Below are positions 37,511 to 48,729 of a DNA stretch of 64,000 nucleotides, one piece after another. The translations under genes were made by a program, and so were the position numbers. Numbering within the stretch: position 1 is the stretch's first letter; every line of letters starts with the position of its first letter. Source of the stretch: Mobula hypostoma (Eukaryota); the NCBI RefSeq assembly GCF_963921235.1, contig NC_086104.1, forward strand, positions 55,862,001 to 55,926,000, read 5' to 3'. The notes under the pieces are model-generated. The model was given only the letters and a program-made list of their open reading frames with translations. It was not told the DNA's origin and did no database searches.

Positions 37511-38729
37511 AGAATAAAAGGAAAGATCTATTATATAGGGTGGGGATTAGTTGTTGAATGAACAACAAATGGATAATGATACAATGCAGGAGAACAGAGT
37601 TTTTCAAAAAGCAGATGGGGTTTTAGTGGAGTTATAAATGAAAAAGGTCCTTGCCATTGCATCACCTTGCTGACTGAAAAGGTGGAATGGTTGTGATCTG
37701 AAATTCCTGAGCTTCATGTTGCCATCGTATTCACTACTGCTTTTCTCTTTTGGATTGTTGGTGCTGGCAGAAGTTGCTTTGTTGCACACAAGTGTGCACA
37801 TGATTTGCGGAAAAATTCTCCTCCACTTAAGGGTAACTAAAATTTCACTAATTTGCTGATTTCTGCCGAATAAATACTTGGGAAAGGTGACATAAACTTA
37901 AGTTTTATACAGAATGAAAAGCTATGGATCTACATTATCTTTTTGGTACTTCAAAGCTATAATGGTTACTCAAAAATAATGCTTTTGACTTGAATCATTT
38001 AAGTCTGTATTTGCTCTTTAGACACTTCGATTGTTCAGATTTGTCACCAACTGTTGACTTTTAGCAGAAATGATTCTATGCTTCATGAATGTATTGTGAA
38101 TTAGTATCACTGATCAAACTTGAGTGAATCTCAAACATAAGGCACTTGTAATAAAATCAACACAGTACAAATGTTGGTTTGAAATGTATTCCCAACATTT
38201 ACACAATGTTGTAAAATTTAAGAATCTGAACTCTTTAATGATCTGCTATACTGACTATCATTATGTTCTAACAATCTAAGGTTGTTGGGGCCTGTTTAAT
38301 ATGCTGTTATTTTCAGGATTAATTTCAGGAATTTCCATTCTAATTGGAACAAAAAATAAATTTCATAATTCTTACAAGATAAGGAATATTTGGTCTGCCA
38401 TGTCTGTGGTGAAACTTCAAGAGAATTGTCATGTTTTTAATCCACATCCTAGTATTTTCTCAGTCACCATGAAAGCTAGCTTCCTTCAAAGATATCTCCA
38501 TTTGTTTTTTCCCCTCAGAACTCTGGTGAAGGGAATTGCAGATCATCTTGACTTACTATGTTGAACAATTTTTATTGTCTGCAATCATTAACTGAATTTC
38601 AGAGGAAAATTTATATAATTGCTACTGTTCCTTTAAGCATTTGAGCAGATAGTCACTCTGTCATGTGCTCCATTTTCAGAATGTCTATTCTGTTGTTTTC
38701 ATCTCATGGAAATCCTCTTAGACAAAATA

Positions 38730-39675
38730 CAGTATCTATGAAAAGTATTCACTCCCCCTGGGAAGTTATGTTTTATTGTTTTGCAACGTTGAATCACAGT
38801 GGATTTAATTTGTCTTTTTTGACACTGATCAACAGAAAAGACTGCTTTGTGTCAAAGTGGAAACAAATGTTTGCAATTTGGTCTTAATTTGTACAATTAT
38901 TAAACAAAATAATTGTTGCATAATTATTCACCCCTTTCAAGTCAGTATTTAGTAGCTGTACCTTTGACAGCAAATACACCTTGAGTCTGTGTGGATAGGT
39001 CTCATCAGCTTTGCATATCTGGACACTACAATTTTTCCCCATTCTTCATTACAAAACTGCCCAAACTCTTATCAGGTTGCATGGGGATCATAGGGAATAG
39101 TCCTTTTCAAGTCCAGCCACAAATTCTCAATTGGATTGAGGTCTGGACCCTGACTTGGCCACTCCAGGATATAAACTTTGTTTTTAAGCCATTCCTGTGT
39201 AGCTTTGGCTTTATGCTTGGGGTCATTGTCTTGCTGGAAAACAAATCTTCTCCCAAGTTACAGTTCTATTGCAAACTGCATCAGGATGTCCTTCAGGATT
39301 TCCCTGTATTTTGCTGCATTCATTTTGCCCTCTATCTATCTTCACAACCTTTCTAGTACTGCAGTGAAGCATCCCTACAGCATGTTGCAGCCACCACCAT
39401 GCCTCTCACAGTAGGGATGGTGTGTTTTTGATGATGTGTGGTGTTTGGCTTACACAGGCATAGCATTAAGTCTGATGACCAAAAAGCTCAATTTTAGTTT
39501 CATCAGACCATAGAACCTTCTTTCAGTTGATTTCAGAGTCTCCCATATGCCTTCTGGCAAACTCTAGCCAAGATTTCATGCAAGTTTTTTTTTCAACAGT
39601 GTCTTTCACTTTGCCATTCTCCCATAAAGCTGTGACTGATGAAACAGCTGGGCAACAGTTGTATGCGCAGTCTCT
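38730..39675 (-). mobile_element. Second, truncated Tc1-like copy
   Basis: Colinear similarity to 34328-35200, beginning TA|cagt...gtattcactcccc. Confidence 0.8.
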
Positions 39676-40631
39676 TTTGCCTTACTTTAATTAGCACTCT
39701 TCTACTTCATACAGCAAGTATGTGTCCAGTAAATCCATGCTTAACATCTCTTATTAATCCCTCCTTGCCAAAGTGAGAGCAGTTTCTGTCAGATTCAAGT
39801 TGCCTGTAGTTACTGTGTTTATCCCATTAACTTTGGTTATAATTGGCCTTGTGTTACTTTTTATTAACTAAAGGGGACTGAAGGATTCTGGTCAGAAGTT
39901 CTGCTATCTCCACTCTAGCATCTGTCACCCAGGACGGCATCATCTTTAGATGGAAGTATGAAACAAAATGCCCTGGATACTGTAATTCTGATGAATGGAA
40001 ATATTCAATACTCAAGTACAAATGTGGTGAAAGAGTTGACGTGTCAGGCTGCTGATCTTTCAATAGTTCTAAAACATTAACTGTTTCTGTTCCTGTTTCT
40101 GAACTTTTAGATGTGTGGCTATTCAGTTTTCAGTTATGCCAGCCTGTTGTATGACATTGTTATTCCCTCATTATTCAGCTTTAACTTCAATCCTTTTATC
40201 TGAAAATATAGCGACAGTCTCTTGCAGATTTCTTGTTCATAACATGTACTACCTATAACTACCTTTGAGACTTAAAAATGTAGTTAATATAAAAGCAAAT
40301 TTATCTCAATTGCTCTTTGATTTGTACATCAATTTCATCCCTACACCTCCACTCTGTAGGATTTGGAAGTTGTCTAGTTACCAACTGTGGTCTGTCATAC
40401 CCGACATTTGTCATGAATTACATTAGATAGAATATACAGCACACTAATGAGCTTTTTAGCAACTAGTCTCTGCTTATTCCATCTACCTTATTGCTGTTTT
40501 TTGGCACATTAAAATGTTTTATCTATTAAACCAAACTTCGGAGAGAGAGTGGGGAAGAGATTTATACAAATGTTGTAAATATAAGGAATTTCATGTGCAT
40601 GCACAGTCAATCAGAGGTGGATCTCCAGATA

Positions 40632-40957
40632 CGTGTGTGTGTGACCTCTGTCGGTCATGGTCGACCATGGGTACTGCGCCTCTGGTAGTCACTGGGGAGT
40701 GGCCTTTCCAGGGCAGAGTCGATACGGAGATCTGTCTGTTGCCCATGCAGTGGGACCCGCCTCCCCATGCTGATGACGACAGGTCCATAGGAACAACGAA
40801 AGTCGATACAGTTTGATGCCAGCCAGTGCCGAGTACAGCAGTCAGCCGCCTTTGGGATTCCAAACTCTGGTTTTTTGCCCGGGGTTTACTCCCAAAGCCT
40901 TTCCCATGAGCGGGTATAGTCGCAAGGCAGCGGAGATTTGAAATCAAGAGTTTTCCC
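40632..40957 (-). mobile_element. Unclassified short retroposon with (CA)n tail
   Basis: Flanked by the direct repeat tctccagata (40622-40631 and 40958-40967). CpG-containing, with a microsatellite tail at the left end. Confidence 0.55.
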
Positions 40958-41119
40958 TCTCCAGATAAAAGGTACACAAAATCAGTACAGAGGCAGAAAG
41001 GATGACTAGGTTTTGCCTCTTACAGATAAGAGCAAGATGAATAGCCTTCAACATCTATCACATGGTAGCACTGTCATTTTCTGTGATGAAGTATTTGAGT
41101 TGGTGATGGCTAGAAATAA

Positions 41120-42365
41120 CTATCCTGACAGGGACATGGATCTGATGCAGTTTGCTTACAGTCATAACAGGTCTACAGCTGTTGCAATCTCACTGGCTCT
41201 CCTGGATTTAGGACCACCTGGCAAATATCAATACCTATATTAGGCTGCTGTTTATCAATTGCAACTGGCCGTTAAACACTATCAATCCCTCAGTATTAAT
41301 GAACAAGCTTCAGAACTGTGCCCCTATACCTCCCTTGCAAATAGATTGTTGACTTCCTCAGTGGGAGACCACAGTCTACACAGATTGGTGATAACATCTT
41401 CTCTTTGTTGGCAACCAACAGAGGTGCAGATACACCACAAAGATGCATGCTTAGCCCACTGCTCTACATTCGGGATTGTATGGCTAGGCACAGCTCAAAT
41501 GGACTCTATAAATTTGCTGATGTCACCACTATCGGCACAAACTCGGATGGCAACGAGGAAGCATACAGGAGGAAATAGTTCGGCTGGTCAAGTAATGTAG
41601 CAGCATTGTACTCAACAGCAGTAGACCAAGGAATTTATTGTAGGCATCAGGAAGGGAAAATCGGGAGAACACGCGTCAGTTCTGATTGAGGGATCAGAGG
41701 TGTAAAGGTGAGTAGTTTCACTCCTGGGCATCAATATTTCACCATATTGATCCAATCATGTTAAGGTATGCCAATGGCTATACTTACTAGGAGTTTGAGG
41801 AAATTTGGTATATGAAGCACTAACAAATTTCTACCGATGGTTACTGTCAGAAAGGAGGTACAGAAGTCTTGAAGGTACACACTCAGCAATTCAGGAACAG
41901 CTACTTTTCCCCCACCATATGATTCCTAAGTAGACATTGAACCCATGAACACTGTCATAAACAGTTTTAAATATAAATATTCTGTTTTTGCACTGCTTTT
42001 AATCTATTTAATATACACATAAGTATTTACTGAGATTGCTTTTCTTTCTTTTTTCAATATTATCATGTATTGCCTAAAACTGCTACTGCCAATTAACAAA
42101 TTTCACGACACATGCCGGTGATAATAAACCTGATTCTAATTCTGGTTGCATCACTTTGTGTTATGGAGGCACCAGTGCACAGGATTGAAAGAGGCTCCAG
42201 AAGATTGTAAACTCAACCAGCTCCATCACAGACATGACCCTCCCACCACTGAGTACATCTTCAAATGGCAGTGCTTTATGAAGGTGGCATCCATCATTAA
42301 GAACCCTCGCCATCTGGAACATGCCCTCCTCTCACTACTACCACCAGGGAGGAAGTATAGGAGAC
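41120..42365 (+). mobile_element. Decayed Rex1/Babar-type LINE fragments
   Basis: QFAYSHNRSTAVAISLAL motif, similarity to 27880-29122, and the same tail near 42120-42140. Confidence 0.75.
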
Positions 42366-42374
42366 ACAAGTTCA

Positions 42375-43745
42375 TCAACCCATTCTCATAAGACATGCTG
42401 TCTTGTCTGGACAGCATCTTGGTAAATCTCTTCTGGACCCTCTCTGAAGATTCAACATCCTTCCTATGTTGAGGTGACCAGAATAGAATACAATATTCCA
42501 AGTGTGATCTAACCAGGGTTTTATAGAGCTGAAACATTTCTTCATGCACCTTCTAAACAACTCTATCAATTTGTGCTGGAACTTTGAGGGCGCTATGGAT
42601 GTGAACCCTAAGATCCCTCTGTTACTCCACACTTAAGAATACTCTTAATAATCCTATATTCTTTCAAATTTAACCTCCTGTTACGTACCCCGTAACTGGG
42701 TTGCCAAACCAGCAGAAATGGACCACGCGTTGGAGTCTCGATTACTAGGAACTAATAAAGGTTTATTAAAGAAATAAGTAACACAGTACTCTAATCGTAA
42801 GGATATAAATGCAACAGGTTAGCAGTGATAATACACACATGTACACAGAACTAGGGTAATAGGAATCAAACCAAGCTCTATCGCAGTCTAGGGGTAAAAT
42901 GATCAGTCTTAAGTGACGCAGAGTTCAGTTCAGCTTAGTACAGTTCGCAAAATCGCTGTTGTGCCGTTGGAGAGAGAGGCGGGGGGAATGCAGTTTGATT
43001 CAGGCAGACCTTTGATGTTCTTCGCAGTTGGTTTCGGGCGGACCCCCTTACGTCTTCTATCCCGCTGTGATCACCGACTGTGACCCCTCCGTTCCGGATA
43101 CAACCGTTCTTCCGCGGTGAACCCGGCACCCAGGCAAGGGCGGACACACACACCATGTTCCCACCGATCGTACCTTTTCACCCTGTGAGTCTATGGTCGG
43201 TTCCCATGAACCGGAGCACCAAACTTGCACCAACTTGTGGGGGCACACCGCTTTTCCAGGGTCTCGTTATCTCGTGATCTCGTGGTGTGTGCCGTGTCTT
43301 AGCGAACCTGCTCTTTTTATCCCCCTGCTGGGGTATCGCCTGTCACTTCAAACAGTTCAGGTTCAAAGCGACCGGTCTGTCAATATTCTGAATTGTGTCT
43401 CTTTTCCGTTAATCTCTCTCCTCTCTTATTAACATTTTGAACGTTTCTCCATTGTCTCCCTTATCTCTCTCATTAGCATCAATCGTCTGATAACTTGGTT
43501 TGGCGTCACATTCCAAAGTGAATCACTTCACACTTTTTTCAGATTGAACACCATCTGCCACTTCTCAGCCCAGCTCTGCAGCCTACAACAATGCTCCACG
43601 CTGTACACAATCCGCCAACTTCCGTGTTATCTGCAAATTCAGGCAGAATGCGCTCAATCTACAACCACCCTCTGTCTCTGTAGCAAGCCAATTCTGAATC
43701 CGCACAGCCAAGTTTCCCTGGATCCTATGTCTCCTGCCTTTCTGA
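42375..43745 (-). mobile_element. CR1 fragment interrupted by a solo LTR
   Basis: LYKTLVRSHLEYCILFWSP motif. The sequence resumes after 43510. Confidence 0.75.
42679..43510 (-). mobile_element. Solo LTR (Gypsy-like), CpG-rich
   Basis: tgttac...gtcaca termini and near-TSD ctcc/ttcc. The start (tgttacgtacccc...accagcagaaatg) is homologous to the 11813 LTR. Confidence 0.8.
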
Positions 43746-44909
43746 ATCGACTGTACCTCTTCCTAGAGATGCTGCCTGGCCTGCTGCGTTCACCAGCAAC
43801 TTTGATGTGTGTTGCTTGAATTTCCAGCATCTGCAGAATTCCTCGTGTTTACGGGCCTATCCTGTGCAACCTTTTCAAATGTTTTACTAAAATTCGTAAG
43901 AACTTCTCCAGTCCAGAGCAGAGAGTAAAAAAGATTCAGCCGTTTCATTACCTCTGGATTTCTACTCATCTCAGCCTTAAATGGCCTTTTAATTTTTCTC
44001 TTCAAATGACGAACCTGTCATTCGAGGAATTATATTTGATAGTTTTAAAAAATTGCAGCTGTTGAAAATCTAAAATAATTCTGCGTGTGAGGCTGAGAGT
44101 GTGGGCTGTAGGAAGGATGAGCAACTGAGCTGTGGTACAATAGTTCAGGGAGCTGCGGGGGGAGGGGTGAGAGAAGAGAAATGTAAATGTCCATAGTATA
44201 ATCGGGGGAAGAGACAAATTTCTTTTGCAAGAATTGAAGTGTCCTGAGGTCTGTATTGTCAACCTGGTGACATCTCAGCCTACCTGTAGAGGAATTTTAG
44301 ATTTTAGTGGGGGGGGGGGGACCCAGTTCTCTTGGTTCAAAGGAAAAATAAGGAAAGTGGTTTTGCAAAGGGAATTTGAGCAGCTAGGGTCTAAATTAAA
44401 ATGCAGAACCTAAAAGGTAATTATCTGAGGATTGTTATCTGAGCCATGTACAAATTGATGTAGGGTTAATAAGATCGGAGAGATAAAGGTGTGGTTTAAA
44501 GATTGGTGTGAGAGAAGTGCGTTTGAATTCATGGGATATTAGCACCAGTATTAGGAGAGGAGGGAGCTGTTCTAATGGATGGTCTCCACCTGAACCATGA
44601 TAGAACCAGGATCCTGGTGAATCACATAACAAGACATGTAGGTAGGGCTTTAAACTAACTAGTAGGGGGTGGATTCAACAGCTTGGAAAAGTGTGGGTAA
44701 AGTAAAAGAGAAGAGTGCAAGAGAGGTTACTGAAGACTCCAGAATAATGAATAAAACAAAAGGTTTAGAATGGTATAAGAATTTAATTTCAGGCAATTTA
44801 TGGTGATACATTTTAGTAGAAAGAATAAGGGTGTAGCCTATTTATTGAACAGGAAGTAAATCCAGAAATTAGAGGTGCAAAGGGACTTGGGGTGTAGTCA
44901 TAGTCATAC

Positions 44910-46530
44910 CTGCTGAACCATGTCTACGCCCACCTGGACAAGCCAGCAAGAACTGTGAGGATCATGTTTTTTGACTTCTCCAGTGCATTCAACACCATCC
45001 GCCCTGCTCTGCTGGGGGAGAAGCTGACAGCGATGCAGGTGGATGCTTCCCTGGTGTCATGGATTCTTGATTACCTGACTGGCAGACCACAGTACATGTG
45101 CTTGCAACACTGTGTGTCCGACAGCAGCACTGGGGCTCCAGAAGGGACTGTCTTGTCTCCCTTTCTCTTCACCATTTACACCTCAGACTTCAACTACTGC
45201 ACAGAGTCTTGTCATCTTCAGAAGTTTTTGGATGACCCTGCTATAGTTGGATGCATCAGCAAGGGAGATGAGGCTGAGTACAGGGCTACGGTAGGAAACT
45301 TTGTCACATGGTGTGAGCAGAATTATCTGCAGCTTAATGTGAAAAAGACTAAGGAGCTGGTGGTAGACCTGAGGAGAGCTAAGGTACCAGTGACCCCTGT
45401 TTCCATCCAGGGGGTCAGTGTGGACATGGTGGAGGATTACAAATACCTGGGGACACAAACTGACAATAAACTGGACTGGTCAAAGAACACTGAGGCTGTC
45501 TACAAGAAGGGTCAGAGCCGTCTCTATTTCCTGAGGAGACTGAGGTCCTTTAACATCTGCTGGACGATGCTGAGGATGTTCTATGAGTCTGTGGTGGCCA
45601 GTGCGATCATGTTTGCTGTTGTGTGCTGGGGCAGCAGGCTGAGGGTAGCAGACACCAACAGAATCAACAAACTCATTCGTAAGGCCAGTGATGTTGTGGG
45701 GATGGAACTGGACTCTCTCACAGTGGTGTCTGAACAGAGAATGCTGTCTAAGTGGCATGCCATCTTGGTCAATGTCTCCCATCCACTACATAATGTACTG
45801 GGTGGGCACAGGAGTACATTCAGCCAGAGACTCATTCCACCGAGATGCAGCACTGAGTGTCATAGGAAGTCATTCCTGCCTGTGGCCATCAAACTTTACA
45901 ACTCCTCCCTTGGAGGGTCAGACACCCTGAGCCAATAGGCTGGTCCTGGACTTATTTCATAATTTACTGGCATAATTTACATAGAAACATAGAAAATAGG
46001 TGGAGTAGGCCATTCGGCCCTTTGAGCCTGCACCGCCATTCAGTATGATCATGGCTGATCATCCAACTCAGAACCCTGTACCAGCCTTCCCTCCATACCC
46101 CCTGATCCCTTTAGCCACAAGGGCCATATCTAACTCCCTCTTAAATAAAGCCAATGAACTGGCCTCAACTGTTTCCTGTGGCAGAGAATTCCACAGATTC
46201 ACCACTCTCTGTGTGAAGAAGTTTTTCATAATCTCGCTCCTAAAAGGCTTCCCCTTTATCCTCAAACTGTGACCCCTCGTTCTGGACTTCCCCAACATCG
46301 GGAACAATCTTCCTGCATCTAGTCTGTCCAATCCCTTTAGGATTTTAAACGTTTCAATAAGATCCCCCCTCAATTTTCTAAATTCCAACGAGTATAATAT
46401 ATAATATTTACATATTACTATTTAACTATTTATGGTTCTATTACTATTTATTATTTATGGTGCAACTGTAACGAAAACCAATTTCCCCCGGGATCAATGA
46501 AGTATGACTATGTCTATGACTATGACTATG
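44910..46530 (+). mobile_element. Rex1/Babar LINE, 5'-truncated, with an uninterrupted 327-aa RT C-terminal ORF (44955-45938)
   Basis: RIMFFDFSSAFNTI...TGAPEGTVLSPFLF...LNVKKTKELVVD...YKYLG, with a (GACTAT)n tail. RT motifs are mutated (QKFLDD), so it is probably inactive. Confidence 0.9.
45983..46395 (-). mobile_element. CR1 3' end nested in the Rex1 3' UTR
   Basis: LRGDLIETFKILKG...FFTQRVVNLWNSLP plus CR1 tail, highly similar to the copy at 62300-62708. Confidence 0.85.
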
Positions 46531-46980
46531 AAAGGTGTAAACAAGGTTGAAAGAGTACAGAGAAAATTTACAAGAATGTTGCCAGGTCTGGAGGACCTGA
46601 GTTATAAGGCAGGATTGAATAGGTTAGGATTGTGTTCTTTGGAATGTAGAAGATTGAGAGGAAATTTTATAGAGGTATTCAAAATTATGAAGGGTATAGA
46701 TATAGATAGGGTAAATACAAGCAGGTGTTTTCCACTGAGCTTGGTGGGACCACAAGAGGACATGGCTTAAGTGTGAAAGGTGTGAAGTTTAAGAGGAATA
46801 TGAGGGGAAACCTCTTCACTCAGAGGGTTATGAGCTACCAGCACAAGTGGTCCATGCAAGTGTGATTTTAAAGTTTAAGATAAGTTTGAAGGTACATGAA
46901 TAGTCGGGGTACGGAGGGCTATGGTCCCAGTGCAAGTTGATGAGTATAGGGCCTGTTTCTGTGCTGTACTTCTCTACGAC
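46531..46980 (+). mobile_element. CR1 3' fragment
   Basis: ERVQRKFTRMLPGL...RRLRG motif. Confidence 0.8.
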
Positions 46981-47699
46981 TTTTGAATCCCATATTTAAG
47001 AAAAAATTTGCTGGCATTGGAGAGGGCTTTAGATCCTCGTTTGAGTTTAAAACTTCACAGTCAGCAAACCATCACAAATGGCCTAAATCTGCCTTTGTTT
47101 ACTGGCTTTATAAAAGCAAGAAATGCTAGAAATACTCATAATGTCAAGCCACACCTGTAGAACCAGCAACTCGTTTAACACTTTAAGACTTTTGTCAGGA
47201 TTGGGAAGATTGGAAAAATAAACTTTTCTGTTTTTATATTTACAGCTGGCCTCAAATACTCTCTTAAAGGGCCAGTATATCATTTGCCATTCTGCTTGCT
47301 TGCTGTACATTTCCTAATGAACAACCTTCCCTACGTGTAGTCATCTTGTGAGAAATCTGCAAATGGTGGAGCAGGAACAGAGGTGACGTTCTCACAAGGA
47401 AATGTCAGAGTTCCTGCCTTACAGTATGAAAGCTTGTCTCTGTGGAACTAATATCATATGCCACAAGTGCTTAGGTAGGAGAATTATCCCACAGCTCCTG
47501 CCAATAGTTACGCACCAGAATGATTCAAAAACAAAAACACAGTGTCCACAATATTCCATTAGTTAGGACAGAGAAATTCCGTTAAAGTTTCGGATAAATA
47601 ATTTCTTTCCTCGTTGTACAAGCTGCTGAGTATTCCCAGAACGCTGTGTTTCTAATTCGCCTTTCCTCGTTTGTGGGAACTTGCTACACAACGAAGTGG

Positions 47700-48150
47700 G
47701 CCCTTGACAAGCATCTGATCAGCTGGCGCCATACAAACGCAGACCCTTCAGTGGATTACCAGAAGGTGGCCCACGTCTGCGCAGACCCGGAAGCGATAAT
47801 GTCCCGGTGTACCGGAAGTAGACGTGGCAGATGGAGCAACCGCCGAATGTAGTGAAGGCGGCCCGGAGTGTCGGCATGCGGGGCGCCTGGCCGCGGACTC
47901 GGCTGTATTGTTAGTACTGCTGGGTGACTGCCGTGAGGATGTTGTGTGAGCGGCTGCGGTCTGGCTCCGGTTCGGGCTCCACTTCCGGGCTCGGGCTGCT
48001 CCCCCTCTTGCTGTTGCTGCTGGCTGGTGCCGTGGTCAGGTTGAGCCGCAGCAGGACCGTCCCTGTGTTGAGCGATGATGTCCCCTTCAGGATAACATGG
48101 CCTGGGCCCGAGTTCACGCTGGTCAGTATGTCGCTATCACGGCCTCCAGG
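47700..48150. promoter_or_regulatory. CpG-rich ERLEC1 promoter and first exon with ETS and UPRE-like motifs
   Basis: Dense CpG. Two CCGGAAG ETS/GABP motifs (about 47787 and 47812). GACGTGG cores in opposite orientations at 47771-47777 and 47821-47827. Confidence 0.7.
47939..48121 (+). CDS. ERLEC1: ERLEC1 (ER lectin 1 / XTP3-B) exon 1, signal peptide
   Basis: aggATG. Encodes MLCERLRSGSGSGSTSGLGLLPLLLLLLAGAVVRLSRSRTVPVLSDDVPFRITWPGPEFTL: a hydrophobic signal followed by the conserved LSDDxPFRxxWPG. Donor CTG|gtcagt. Confidence 0.92.
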
Positions 48151-48729
48151 GTCCCAGAGAGCCTTTAGGTTTAGATTAAGTTCTGTTCAAAAAGTCTTGC
48201 TCAGAATTTTAGAGGTTATTTATAAGCTTGACTGACTCCACCATCCAACTAAGTAGTGAAGAGTCACACTTAACCTTGTCCGAAGCTGGACTCCCAATCA
48301 GTGGCGTGGTGTAGTGCTGTGGGTCGGAAGGTCATGTTGTTGCCAAAACTCCATTTAACTTCACTCCATCCAACCAGATTTGGCACTAATGCCACTGGGC
48401 ACTACCTCTTAACTGGGAGAATGACAGTGGACACTGACTGCAGTTTAATTTCTATTCAGTTGCTGCATGAATATGCACTGCGTATGTGAAATATATTTAA
48501 TGGGACTGTTTCCTCCAAAGTGTTACAGTCTTTATTGCGCAAGCTTCCATGAAACTCTGTCAGACAATGTAATGCATTTGATCATAAGACAGTCTATTCA
48601 TAATTTATGATATTGTGGTATGTTGCTGTGAAATTTATATCCCAAGGTGGGCTTCGTTATTACTTTTATATATACATTCCTGAAACTGAATAATTCCAAA
48701 GTAATACTCAAAACCTGAGCTCAAAAGAG

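Noticed and set aside
40765-40810. CTGATGA...CGAAA hammerhead-like core in the unclassified retroposon
   Set aside because: The bases closing stem II (C and C) cannot pair, and I found no convincing stem I or III.
44955-45938. Possible domesticated or active reverse transcriptase gene
   Set aside because: It is 5'-truncated, with altered catalytic-region motifs (PEG for PQG, FLDD) and normal LINE tail context. This fits a young dead copy.
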